From: Octopus sinensis
Taxonomy: Eukaryota
DNA length: 64,000 nt
Direction of reading: 5' to 3'
NCBI RefSeq assembly: GCF_006345805.1
Contig: NC_043002.1
Span: 109,492,001-109,556,000, forward strand
Shown here: piece after piece, positions 26,721 to 39,659 of the stretch
Layout: each line of letters begins with the position of its first letter
Position numbering within the stretch: the first letter of the stretch is position 1
Position numbers and translations under genes: made by a program
Notes under the pieces: model-generated
Databases searched by the model: none
What the model was told of the DNA's origin: nothing
Seen by the model: the letters and a program-made list of their open reading frames with translations, nothing else

Positions 26721-26959
26721 TAATATAATAATTGTAATAATCCTTTCTATTATAATCACAAGGCTTGAAATTTTGGTAGATTCCATCCACCTCAGCGACC
26801 AGATGGCCTTGCGGCTGGGGATTGGAGGCGGAGGAATAGTTGTTTCTAACATAGGCAACAAGGCTATTAATTTCGAGGAGGAAATAGTGGGGGTGGTGTG
26901 GGGGTGAAGCGAACTATCTTCTATTTAGGGGTTTCGGGATTTAAAGCTTAATGACAAAA

Positions 26960-29075
26960 ACAAGAACTAACTGAACTGCTTGGTCAAACTATAAGAATAC
27001 TTATCAATAAGTTTGGAATGTCTTTGAGAATTGAATAAGAATTGAATAGTGTGCTATGATAGAGATGAAGAGGAGGGAAACCCATAAAAAGTACCAGAAT
27101 CGATCTCTCTAATGATGAGAATATGAAATCGATAAATGCAGAAGAAACATAAATTATCTGGAAATATTGGGAAGGGACAAAATCAGAAATAGAGAAATGA
27201 AGCAAAGCGTCGGTAAAGAATATTTTCACAGAATGAAGATATTAAATTCCAAACTGAATGGAAGAACCATTATACAATCAGTCAACTTAAAGACAGTATT
27301 TCTAATAAAGTATGGAGAAGGAATTATTGAATAGACGAAGTATGAGATGAAGAATATTCTTTTCTTTTCTATTCTAGACACAAGGCTCGAAATTTTAGGG
27401 GAGTGGGCCAGTCGATTAGGTCAACCCCAGTGCGTAACTGGTACTTAATTCATTGACCCCGAAAGGATGAAAGGCAAAGTTGACCTCGGCGGAATTTGAA
27501 CTCAGAACGTAAGGACAGACGAAATACCTATTCTTTACTACCCACAAGGGGCTAAACACAGAGGGGACAAACAAGGACAGACAAACGGATTAAGTCGATT
27601 ACATCGACTCCAGTGCGTAACAGGTATTTAATTTATCGACCCCGAAAGGATGAAAGGCAAAGTCGACCTCGTGAAATTTGAACTCAGAACGTAAGGACAG
27701 ACGAAATACCTATTCCTTTACTACTACCCACAAGGGGCTAACACAGAGGGGACAAACAGGACGACAAACGGATTAAGTCGATTACATCGCTCCAGTGCGT
27801 AACTGGTATTTTAATTATCGACCCCGAGGGATGAAAGGCAAAGTTGACCTCGGCGGAATCAGAGGGACAGACAAACCTATGACCCACGGGCTAAAACGAG
27901 AGGACAACGGACAGACAATTAAGTCGATTACATCGACTCCAGTGCGTAACTGGTACTTAATTTATCGACCCCGAAAGGATGAAAGGCAAAGTCGACCTCG
28001 GCGGAATTTGAACTCAGAACGTAAGGACAGACGAAATACCTATTCCTTTACTACCCACAAGGGGCTAAACACAGAGAGGACAAACAAGGACAGACAAACG
28101 GATTAAGTCGATTACATCGACTCCAGTGCGTAACTGGTACTTAATTTATCGACCCCGAAAGGATGAAAGGCAAAGTCGACCTCGGCGGAATTTGAACTCA
28201 GAACGTAAGGACAGACGAAATACCTATTCATTTACTACCCACAAGGGGCTAAACACAGAGGGGACAAACAAGGACAGACAAACGGATTAAGTCGATTACA
28301 TCGACTCCAGTGCGTAACTGGTACTTAATTTATCGACCCCGAAAGGATGAAAGGCAAAGTCGACTCGGCGGGAATTTGAACTCAGAACGTAACGGCAGAC
28401 GAAATACGGCTACGCATTTCGCCCGGCGTGCTAACGATTCTGCCAGCTCGCCGCCATGATGAACAGAGCAGAAGGATATTGATAGAAAAATGAGGGAGCA
28501 TCTCACAGTGCAGAGAAGCATACATCATTAATCAGATGTAGACTAGAAAAGAGGAGAAAGTGGGAGAGGGTTAATGTGTGTCAAAGAATATCAGAACTAA
28601 AGAACAGGAGTCTAGGTTTTTTAAGGAGATAAGATGGTGTAAGAATACCGATTCTGAAAGTAAAGAAAGCAAGTTAGTGAAACAGTCACCAATAAGTCTA
28701 GTGTTGTGGGTGGAAAAGTATGTGGAAAAATCACTAAACGAATGAAGAGTCATTGGTTACAAATAAGAGGGAAAATTACAGATAATCCAGGTTTTACAAA
28801 ACTCAGATCGAATTGCCCAGGACTGTTTACTTAATCTGAGACGATCTTCATGGAAATGCATGGCAAGACTGTCCTGATTTTAGTTAATGAGAAACTCTTC
28901 GACTAAGCCCGGAGGGCAGGAAAGCTGTTTAAACCTTTGCTATTGAGGCTGAAAGATATGGGAACTGACATTCGCATTGTCGAACTATAAAAAAAGTGCA
29001 ATCCTGCCTTCTGCAAGAATCCTAACAAAGATACTGGAGATTCGAGATTTGTAACCATATCCCAAAACAACATCC
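26960..29075 (+). mobile_element. Degenerate R4/Dong LINE split by a SINE concatemer
   Basis: Left part YKYLG-like..SKLNGR..TKYEMKNI resumes as DRKMREHLT at 28481; ends ..SARILTKILEI near 29060. Confidence 0.7.
27359..28470 (-). mobile_element. Meta-like SINE concatemer: one head + six ~180-bp units
   Basis: gtcgacctc/gttgacctc anchors at ~27479, 27662, 27843, 27991, 28175, 28359. TSD gaagaatatt (27349-27358) / gaaggatatt (28471-28480). Confidence 0.85.
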
Positions 29076-29092
29076 TTGCAAACAAATATATG

Positions 29093-29146
<54 letters not shown>

Positions 29147-29148
<2 letters not shown>

Positions 29149-29559
29149 AGTTGTTTGACTTTAACTAGTTGAGCATGTCCCTTAGTGGCTTACGATATGT
29201 GCATCTCTGATCACGAGCAGAAGTAGTGGGGGAGCACATAGCCATGTGTTGAGAGATTATTTGGGGTTGAATAATTCACCTCTGGAAACAGGGTGGTTCT
29301 TTCAACATCCTAAACAACCCTTATTCAGGGACCTTTGAGCGGGATGGGCTACTCACTGAAGAAATTCTAACTGGGCCCCCCTGCAAGGTCATGTGCTGTT
29401 TATCATCTTGATATGAGATCACCATTTCGCGCCAATATGGTTATGATGCATGTGTCTGGTGTACCCTTATCAGACAGGGGTCCTGATGGGTATATTGGGC
29501 TTCGTATATTTTACCCCAGTGTCATTTTGATGATGCCTGAAAACTGCTCTCTCTCACTC
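29147..29559 (+). mobile_element. ~550 bp TAA-flanked repeat, left-truncated copy
   Basis: Aligns to the right three-quarters of 738-1293. Confidence 0.8.
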
Positions 29560-29606
29560 ATAATAAATAATAATAATAATAATAATAAATAATAATAATA
29601 ATAATA

Positions 29607-30147
29607 ATGCCCTGATGCAGTACCAGGCAGTGGCTCTCATGGCTTCTGATCTTAACTGATTGGAAGTGTTATCATGTACATTGTTTTGTCTTGGTATAAA
29701 AGATGGGCTACAGCAAATATTCTGCTCAATACCACAGATTTGCTTGTCAGTTGTTTGACCTTAACCAGTTGAGCATGTCCCTTAGTGGCTGACGATATGT
29801 GCATCTATGATCACGAGCAGAAGTAGTGGGGGAGCATCATAGCCAGTGTTGAGAGGGATTCTTGGGGTTTGAATAGTCACCTCTGGAAACATGGGTGGTT
29901 CTTTCACATCCTAAACAAACCCTTATCAGGGACCGTTTTGAGCGGGATGGGTTACTCAACCTGAAGAAAATTCTAACTGGGCCCCACCTGCAAGGTCATG
30001 TGCTGTTTATCTTGATATGAGATCACCATGTCGCGCACATATTGTTATGATTGCATGTGCCTGGTGTACTCTTATCATGATGGGTATATTGGGCTTCGTA
30101 TATTTTACCCCAGTGTCACTTTGATGGCATGCACTGCTCTCTCACTC
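29607..30147 (+). mobile_element. ~550 bp TAA-flanked repeat, full copy
   Basis: Aligns end to end with 738-1293. Confidence 0.8.
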
Positions 30148-30179
30148 AATAATAATAATAATAATAATGATAATAATAA

Positions 30180-30475
30180 CTATGCTGATTTAAAATGGGA
30201 AATACGAAGGTTGTGGCCAATGAAGAGAGTAGACGTGATACCAATAGTAATTGGTGCACTTGGAAGTATCAGCACTCAACTACCAACATGGCTAAAAAAG
30301 ATTGGTGCAAGTGTGAAGGTAGAACACCTACAAAAATCAGCATTGCTTGGAACTGCAAGAATTCTTCGCAGGGTTCTTGAAGCATGACCATTAAACCAAG
30401 TGTCGCCTTTGTCTGCTGGCTGTGGACAGCTGACACTTTCCATGATACCCAGCAAAATAAACTGTGAGTTTCATC
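30180..30475 (+). mobile_element. R4/Dong 3' end fragment
   Basis: YADLKWEIRRLWPMKRVDVIPIVIGALG..LQKSALLGTARILRRVLEA* plus 3' UTR. Confidence 0.85.
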
Positions 30476-30516
30476 ATATAATAATAATAATAATGATTTT
30501 GCCAGCTCACCGCCTT

Positions 30517-30569
<53 letters not shown>

Positions 30570-30669
30570 TAATAATAATAATAATATATAATAATAATAA
30601 AATAATAATATAATAATAATAATAATAATAATAAGAGAAGAGAAGAAGAAGAATAGATTATTAATTATT

Positions 30670-30970
30670 ATAAAAAGATCAGACAAAAGGTGTGTTTATT
30701 AATTGACTGAGTATTCCTTGCGATCACAATATAGCGGCGAAAGAATTTGACAAGATCAGTAAATATAAAGACTTGCTAATAGAAATTGAAGAAATGTGGC
30801 ATCTCAAGGCGACTACAGTACCAGTGATTGAAGGATCTCTAGGAATGATAAAAAAAAGATACTGAAACCTATTTGAAAATGATACCAGGCTTACCATCCC
30901 TACAGGAAGTGCAAAAAATCGTGTCAACTGGAATGGCTCATGTACTGAGAAGAGCATTTTCGCTGTGAAA
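30670..30970 (+). mobile_element. R4/Dong 3' fragment, same subfamily as 1840-3767
   Basis: DHNIAAKEFDKISKYKDLLIEIEEMWHLKA..GLPSLQEVQKIV. Confidence 0.85.
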
Positions 30971-31099
30971 ACATCCATTCATGATGCAGCACACATCACC
31001 CCACCAGCACAAAGGTGCAACAAATGATGCAATAGAAAGTTGCTTGAAACTTTCAGATGTCGAAAAATAATAATGGTGATGACGATGGTGATGAACGTT

Positions 31100-34080
31100 A
31101 CCTTACCTCAGTTTATGAAAGACAGGAGTTTCCGAAGAAACTGGTTGTAACAGCGGAAATTAAGCTGGACCTTTAAGGGAAGGTCTCTCGCTCGGCAGTG
31201 GATCAGTAAAGATGCTGACTGAACACAGCTGTCATCCTAATACAGCATCAGCAGATAATAGAGCAAGGAGGAGAAAGTGGACCAGCGAAGAAAACAGGAT
31301 GGTGATACAGTGCAAGTTAGAAAGTGAACCTAAAGAAGGGGCTATAGAAAACGGATGTTAACACTTTGGGTAGAGAAGGGTATATTTAAAGTGACTGCGC
31401 AGAGATTAATATATAAAACTAATGCTATTAAGAGAAGAAAGTGAACGTCAGAATTAGAGGTGGAAGAGATCACGAGAGAACTGGAAAAGAAGGACCAGGT
31501 AGTGGGAAAGACAAGCAACAACATAAGAGATACAGCTCAAACCAAAGAAGAACCAAAAGGAAAAATAATAGTAGCACTACCAATAAATGAAGGGGCTACT
31601 GGCACCAATTTAAGTGATTTAAGTGAGGAAGATCAGAAGACTTTAGATGAGATGCAGGAAGTAATGAGTAAAGAAGTAAGAAAAAGATTGCCAGGATTAA
31701 AAGGTACCAACAGAAGGAAGCTACAAGAAATGACTAGGAAGGTAGATTCTGTTATCAGTAGGATAGATACTAAAAATATAGAAAACACTAACTTATTGAT
31801 CTAGGCAGGAGGTTAGTAGTCACCAGAAGATTAGATATCTCACAGGGAAAGATTAAAAAAGAACAAATGTGGAAAAGGAGATTACAAAATAAAGTGAATA
31901 CTTTAAGAGAAGATCCGAGTCGAATAGAAGCCTGGAAACTGAACAGGTTAGGAAACACGATATGCAAATCTTGCCCCGAGGAAAGATGCTTAGTCAATGA
32001 GAAAGGATTTGGGACAATAATAGAAGAGTTGAAGCAACATATCATAGCAGTAGCAGGCAAGCTCCCCAGATATTAGAAAAGAATAGATCAGTATCAACTG
32101 AATAGATTATTTGAGACAGACCAGAAGAGATTTTATAAAATAAATAGTGGAGAACGAAGCAATGAAGATGAGAAACCTAATGCAGAGGAAGCTAGAAAGT
32201 TCTGGAGTAATATTTGGAATAAACCAGTCAATCATAATGGCGATGCAGTATGGTTAAAGACCGTGCAGGAAGTAGTGAGTGAGAAGTAGCCAGATATAAG
32301 ATTAACTAGTGCATTAATGAGTAAAGTGTTAGGAAAATTGCCGAATTGAAAGGACCCAGGACCAGATTTAGCTCAAAGGAACTGGCTAAAGAAATTTAGT
32401 AGTTTACGTGGGAAGCTGAGGGAATAACTTCCGGATTGCTTTAATGGAGGAATAATATCAGATTGGATGACTCGAGGGAGGACAATACTCATTATGAAGG
32501 ATAAGAGCAAGGCTAATACAGTTAACACTACAGACCAATCACTTGCTTATGATTAGTGTGGAAGCTGTTAACAGGAATGCTTTCAGAAAGCATTTACGAG
32601 CACCTTAACAATCAAAATTTACTACCAGAAGTACAAAAAGGTTGCAGGAAGAAGGCTACAGGAACGCATGACCTATTATATATAGATAAAGCAGTTCTAA
32701 ATGAAGTAAAAGCTAGAAAGAAAAATCTAACAGTAGCATGAATAGATTATAGGAAATCCTATGACATGATGCCACACTCATGGATAAGTGAATTTTTGAG
32801 TATATTCAGTATAGAAGACAACATAAGAGAATTAATTAGCTTTAGCATGAAGAAATGGAAAGTAGAAGTTAATATCAAAAGAGGAATTTTCCAGAGGGAC
32901 TCATTGACCCCTTTAATATTTGTCTTATGTTTGATCCCCTCAGTTTAGAATTAAGGAAGGCAAAGGCAGGGTATCAGTTCAGAAATAGCAAGGGGAAAAT
33001 TAACAATTTGCTCAACATGGATGATCTGAAGCATTTTAGTAAGAATGATAAAGAGATAGATTCCTTAATACAGACTGTAAGACTCTTCAGCAAAGATATA
33101 GGCATGGAATTTGTTATAGAAAAGTGTGCAATATTAGTCATGAGAAGGGGACAGGTAGTCAACAGTGAAGGGCAATGATGAGCAAGGCAGAGTTTAACCA
33201 AAGAGCTGAGGAGAAAAGAAAACCTTGAAATGACAATGCATGGACAATTTGAAAGGAATACACAAGACGTTAAGGATAATACAGCATTGTGGTCATGGCT
33301 TGAGCGAGGTGATTTGAAGCGTACCACCGAAAGCCTGATCATTGCTGCACAAGGCCAGGTTCTCGCTACCAAGTTAGTGAAGTATAGCATCTATAAAACT
33401 TCTGACAACCAGAAATGCAGACTCTGTGGAAAGAGTGTGGAAAATGTGACCCACTTGGTAAGTGGATGTGAGAGCCTTGCACAAAAAGAATACAAGCGCC
33501 GCCAAGATAAAGGGTGTGTATCTTCATTGACTCTTATGTCGTAAATATCAATATGAAGTAACAGAGAACTGGTATGAGTATGTACCAAGTAAAGTTATAC
33601 AGGAGGATGGAAAAGTAACGATGCTCTGGGACAATGATTTTTAAACGGATCGTGTAATCGAACACTGTCGGCTGGATATTGTCATATTGAATAAGAGAGA
33701 CAAATACTGTCAGATCATTGATGTAGCCATACCAAATGACATGAATGTTGTGAGTAAAGAGGTTGAAAAAATCACCAAGTACTCAGAATTGAACGTGGAA
33801 ATGGCAAAACTGTATTGAATGTGAGAGGGTTAATGTAAAAGTGATACCAATGGTGATCGGAGCATTGGGCTCAATCCTATTGAAACTTCAAGACTTGTTA
33901 AGGCAACTGGAAATCTCATGCAAGATTCATGTCTTACAAAAAGCAACCTTATTGTGCACAGTGCACATCTTAAGGAAAGTATTATCTGTCTGAAGTCCTT
34001 GTTGTGACTTGACAGACGACTAAATGTATTCCAGTCGTGATCATCCCTTTTACTAGGAACTAGATTAGCAACAGTGTAAA
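31100..34080 (+). mobile_element. Near full-length degenerate R4/Dong LINE
   Basis: N-terminal RRKWTSEENRMVIQC..GYRKRM; RT (QKGCRK, IFQRDSL, NMDDLK); KCRLCGKSVENVTHLVSGC; REL; ends HILRKVLSV*. Many stops and one internal deletion. Confidence 0.88.
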
Positions 34081-34139
34081 AGCTTCTGGTTTGTTTCTGG
34101 AGTTTTGTTGCGGGGGCAATTTATTTACTATGTTTTATT

Positions 34140-34240
34140 TACAGTAATCCCTCGACTATCGCGCGCAGCGGGTGGGAGTGTTGGTTATGTTCCACCTCCA
34201 CAATAGGTGAAAATCCGCGAAGTAGAAACAGTACTGTATT
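34140..34240 (+). mobile_element. Tigger/pogo-like MITE fragment
   Basis: TA-CAGTAATCCCTCGACTATCGCG terminus. Confidence 0.5.
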
Positions 34241-34273
34241 TTTTAAAAGATATTTTTATAATTTGTATATATA

Positions 34274-34675
34274 GGTGCAGGAGTGGCTGTGTGGTAAGTA
34301 GCTTGCTAACCAACCACATGGTTTCGGGTTCAGTCCCACTGCGTGGCATCTTGGGCAAGTGTCTTCTGCTATAGCCCAGGGCCGACCAATGCCTTGTGAG
34401 TGGATTTGGTAGACGGAAACTGAAAGAAGCCTGTCGTATATATGTATATATATATAAGTGTGTGTGTATATGTTTGTGTGTCTGTGTTTGTCCCCCTAGC
34501 ATTGCTTGACAACCGATGCTGGTGTGTTTACGTCCCCGTTACTTAGCGGTTCGGCAAAAGAGACCGATAGAATAAGTACTGGGCTTACAAAGAATAAGTC
34601 CCGGGGTCGATTTGCTCGACTAAAGGCGGTGCTCCAGCATGGCCGCAGTCAAATGACTGAAACAAGTAAAAGAGT
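34274..34675 (+). mobile_element. CORE-like SINE, full length
   Basis: Family of 4377. Confidence 0.85.
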
Positions 34676-34961
34676 ATATATATTTTATTATAAATGCAAA
34701 ACAAAACCATGGAGGAATCGACGTAAGCTTAAATAATAAACCGCGATATGGCGAGAGATTACTGTATTTTCCGAGAGATTTTTCCATCCTTCATCATTGA
34801 AATATAACAGACTCTTAGTCACGTCAGTAAGACGAAGTCAATCCCAGGGTCAACCTTGAGATCGATAAAATAAAATGCCAGTCAAACAATGGAGTCATTG
34901 TAAGCGACTGTACTCTCCTCCGAAAACATGTAACCTCGTGACTATGCTAAAGATCAATATA

Positions 34962-35237
34962 TATTTCTTTACTACCCACAAGGCGGAATTTGAACTCAGA
35001 ACGTAGCGGCAGACGAAATACCTATTTCTTTATTGCCCACAAGGGGCTAAACACAGAGAGGACAAACAAGGACAGACATAGGTATTAAGTCGATTACATC
35101 GACCCCAGTGCGTAACTGGTACTTAATTTTATCAACCCCCGAAAGGATGAAAGGCAAAGTCGACCTCGGCGGAATTTGAACTCAGAACGTAACGGCAGAC
35201 GAAATACCGCTAAGCATTTCGCCAGCTCGCCGCCTTA
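34962..35237 (-). mobile_element. Meta-like SINE with partial second unit and 15-bp TSD
   Basis: TSD ctaaagatcaatata at 34947-34961 and 35238-35252. Confidence 0.85.
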
Positions 35238-35296
35238 CTAAAGATCAATATAACGATATAAGAGATGCAAACGTTAAGTAAAAAAACATTAACAAA

Positions 35297-35341
<45 letters not shown>

Positions 35342-35344
<3 letters not shown>

Positions 35345-35504
35345 ATATCTATGTGTGTAGGCGCGCACACGCACAAATATACATATACGCATACGCATAC
35401 ACACTCACACACACACACCACACACACACACATAAACACACACACACTCATATCTATGTGTGTAGGCGCGCACACGCACAAATATACATATACGCATACA
35501 CACT

Positions 35505-35539
<35 letters not shown>

Positions 35540-35593
35540 CACACACTCATATCTATGTGTGTAGGCGCGCACACGCACAAATATACATATACG

Positions 35594-35640
<47 letters not shown>

Positions 35641-35693
35641 ATATCTATGTGTGTAGGCGCGCACACGCACAAATATACATATACGCATACACA

Positions 35694-35730
<37 letters not shown>

Positions 35731-35789
35731 ATATCTATGTGTGTAGGCGCGCACACGCACAAATATACATATACGCATACGCATACACA

Positions 35790-35830
<41 letters not shown>

Positions 35831-35888
35831 ATATCTATGTGTGTAGGCGCGCACACGCACAATATACATATACGCATACACACTCACA

Positions 35889-35923
<35 letters not shown>

Positions 35924-35934
35924 ACATATATATA

Positions 35935-35977
<43 letters not shown>

Positions 35978-36146
35978 ACTCATATCTAGTGTGTAGGCGC
36001 GCACACGCACAATATACATATACGCATACACACTCACACACACACCACACACACACACACACCACACACACACACACTCATATCTATGTGTGTAGGCGCG
36101 CACACGCACAAATATACATATACGCATACGCACTCACACACACACT
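35342..36146. repeat. Minisatellite: 8 units of ~55-bp core + (CA)n
   Basis: ctcatatctatgtgtgtaggcgcgcacacgcacaaatatacatatacgcatac starts at 35342, 35447, 35546, 35638, 35728, 35828, 35979, 36077. Confidence 0.95.
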
Positions 36147-36167
36147 TATATCGGACAGTAGACTTAC

Positions 36168-36368
36168 ACCAGGTAGAATTGCATTGTCAACATCCTTCAT
36201 AATGGCTTCCCATGTTTCTCCTCTGTAAGGAGCTTTGTTTGGAAGCAGCCGACGTAAATAACCGGGTTCGACTTGTGCCGTTACTTTGCGTACGCTGAGG
36301 GTTTCCATATAGTCTGCGATATAGTCAACCATTTCTTTGCCTCTCTTTCGAAATTCACTGGAATCCAT
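36168..36368 (-). CDS. Tdc: Tyrosine decarboxylase-like (group II PLP decarboxylase), coding exon 1
   Basis: Translates MDSSEFRKRGKEMVDYIADYMETLSVRKVTAQVEPGYLRRLLPNKAPYRGETWEAIMKDVDNAILPG (67 codons, 201 nt). Followed by GTAAGT donor at 36167-36162, phase 0. Typical AADC/TDC N-terminus. Confidence 0.93.
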
Positions 36369-36550
36369 ATTACTTTATTAATTTTTGAATTAAAAATATA
36401 TATATAGATATATTTGTATATATAAAAATACAATCCTCTCGAGAGACTAGCTCCGATTAATGTGTCACCGGCTTTCTTCTTGATTTCTCCCTTCTCTGCC
36501 GTTTGATTCAAAGAAGTTGAGTTTTACTGAAATAAACAAAGGAAACAAAT
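36369..36550 (-). other. 5' UTR part of exon 1 and upstream splice acceptor
   Basis: Minus strand ATTTGTTTCCTTTGTTTATTTCAG (AG at 36528-36527): pyrimidine tract plus CAG, 158 nt upstream of the ATG. Confidence 0.55.
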
Positions 36551-36574
36551 TGTTAGAATAGAAATGATTAAAAA

Positions 36575-36813
<239 letters not shown>

Positions 36814-38832
36814 GCCTATGCTTACATACATGCACACACACATATATATACGTACACACACACACACACACACACACACAGTGTGTGTGTTTGTGTGTAT
36901 CAAGTCTACCGATGTAACATAGTTCAGAAGAGGAAAATTTGTTTTTAATCCCTGTTATGTGTTCGATTTAACGTAAAACGAAACAAAATTGAACCCGATT
37001 TCCTCGCAAGAATTCTATGATAAATAAAGAAATATATGAATACATTTTAAAATATTTCGAGGCACATCCCAGCCAAGTAAAACATACATACGATATAGAA
37101 TATAGACTGTGGCTGGAACAATGCAATGCTTAGACTTGCGGTCGCCTTTACTGTTCGTGAGACACAGTATTGATATGCAGCTGTGTCGGGCGAGTGTACT
37201 AAATAGGAAGTTGTTTATGTTTGCTTTGCATTCTTTATTTTACAGGTTGAAATAAAACTTTTACAAAAGCCAAAGCAAAACTGTTCGATTCATGTTTTTG
37301 CTTTTGGCGCATGCGCTAAAAGCATACATTTCAGCGGACGGATCCGCAAGAAATCAGAGTTTCTTTATCAAGTTATCAAACATTAGTAGGAATGGAACAA
37401 AAACGTTCCATCTATGACCACGCAGGCCTTTTTATGGAATCAGAAATTTTTGAAATCAGAAAGAATGAATTTTGTCTTTTTATGAAACAAGATTGTTTCT
37501 TTCGTTCTTGCAAAATTCTTGATGTGAACTCGTGTGTTTGAAAAGTTTTGCTTTATCCCAAGGGTGGGTTATCGTGCCAAGAATAAACACACGCACTGGT
37601 TCTATTTCACTTCTTTATTTTTATTAGTCAATTAAGCATTTGAGTAATCGATTGTTTAATTAATCGTTCGGTCAGTCAGTCAATCAGCTAAGTGTATCAA
37701 AGATCTTTTGTCGCCACTTGTGACCTTATCAATGACGTATTCTTTCTTCTTTAATCTGTCTTTTTAAGAACTCAGAGAAAGTGTTCCTACGGTGGGTATC
37801 CCTTTCTTTTCAAAATAACATTTCAACCCAAATAGAAATAACACGAATGAAATGAATTGAGTAAGCAATACAAACGAAAATTTATTAAATTTAATAGTTT
37901 AAAATTTTATTACAATACAGCTCAAAATGCTAAATAGAATTTATAAAGAATCACAGTAAATACGTGTGTGCCAAGCGCAAGAGGGAGTCTGGTGTATTTT
38001 GGTGTAGACAATTTGGGTCTGTCAATTCGGCACAAAACAATTTGGCATCGGATATTTTGGCGCTGAGATATTTCGGTGCCAATAACATTTGTTTTATATT
38101 TCACGTAATAAATATTTGTTTTTTTCTAGTTTAGCGTAAAATACCGCCGAAAGAAAGACAAGGAAATACAGAAACAAGATTGTATGAAATTGTTCTTAGT
38201 TTTTATAAACATAAACACTATCCAGTATCTGAGGAGGAAGAAGTGGAGTTTTGTTCACATCAAATGAATTATCGGAAGCGGCATTTTGGAGGCATCAATT
38301 CTTCTTTTATTCACAATAATAATTTTTTGCTGCGTGTATGTATGTATGTATGTATGTATGTATGTATGTATGTATGTATGTATGTATGTATGTATGTCGT
38401 GCGACTTCTTTGGGCTTGTATTTTAGATTGTCAAGGAGTGTTATTCAAGGAGCTGCCTTCCAAGTCTTATGATGTTATCAGCCTCATGTATACAAACTTA
38501 GACAAGGGATGCGCTTTGATACTTGTTGGTTAAAAATTTTTCACCGCTTTTAATAGCAAGTAAGACGCACTTTTCCCCCCCAAAATTGTCTAAAAAAAAT
38601 CAAGAAAATTAGTTAACCATGCATCCTATATGCGAACTTGGGGCTTTCATAATCTTTAATGCATTAAAAGCATTTTTTCCTGACTACACGGTGCTGAAAT
38701 TATGGCATGTCCAATATGGCCGTTGTCTTTTGTGTGTGTGTGTGATGTTATTGGACTAATTCCATAGAAAACTATTTCATTTAAAGTTTCTCTTTCTCCT
38801 CCCATCTCTCTCTCTCTCTCTGTCTATCTGTA

Positions 38833-38885
<53 letters not shown>

Positions 38886-39048
38886 TGTGTGCCTTTACTG
38901 TCAAATCACTCGTCGAAAATGGCTATCACCTTGTACACACACACACATATATATAAGAGGATAATATTATAACTTCGTTAAACCGAAGAGCAAAGATAAA
39001 AATAGGACTGCAGCTGGAAGTGTAAACGTGTATATATGTCTATATTTT

Positions 39049-39265
39049 AAGGCGGCGAGCTGGCAGAAACGTTAGCACGCCGGGCGAAATGCGTAGCTGT
39101 AATGCCGTTACGTTCTGGGTTTCAAATTCCGCGGTCCACTTTGCCTTTCATCCTTTCGGGGTCGGTAAATTAAGTACCAGTTTACGCACTGGGGTCGATG
39201 TAATCGACTTAACCCGTTTGTCTGTCCTTTTGTGTTTAGCTCCTTGTGGGTAGTAAAGAAATATA
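39049..39265 (+). mobile_element. Meta-like SINE
   Basis: ggcggcgagctggcag head; atatatgtctat repeated on both flanks (TSD-like). Confidence 0.8.
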
Positions 39266-39416
39266 TATGTCTATTTTTATATATTGGGTTTACCTTTGGG
39301 TGCCCTATTATTTTATATATATTTATATTCGATTTTTGATAATTTGGGAATGATAAAAAGTTGTTCCAACCTACTGGAATGGTTTATTCATTATACCCTT
39401 CAATATTATATATATA

Positions 39417-39457
<41 letters not shown>

Positions 39458-39659
39458 ATATATTATAATTATATAGTATATATATATATATATATATATA
39501 ATATTATATCTATATATATAAATGGGATGTATATTGGATATATGTATATACATACATGTTTGTATGTGTTGATTCTTGATTCATCATTTTTCTTTTGCTT
39601 ACATTGGAAGTGTGTTATTGTCTCGGAGATTTTATGGTAGTAGAAAAGACATTAGCGTC

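Noticed and set aside
27720-27920. Divergent third unit of the SINE concatemer as an evolutionary signal
   Set aside because: Scattered single-base deletions here (and at 12800-13450 and 29240-29560) look like long-read consensus error.
27359-28470. CRISPR-like or satellite interpretation of the periodic array
   Set aside because: Units are entirely repeated SINE body with no unique spacers, in a eukaryotic context with no cas genes.
36084-36167. C-terminal tail of ORF 36084-36368 (VSLLSDISVCV...)
   Set aside because: Read-through into the intron past the GTAAGT donor at 36167.
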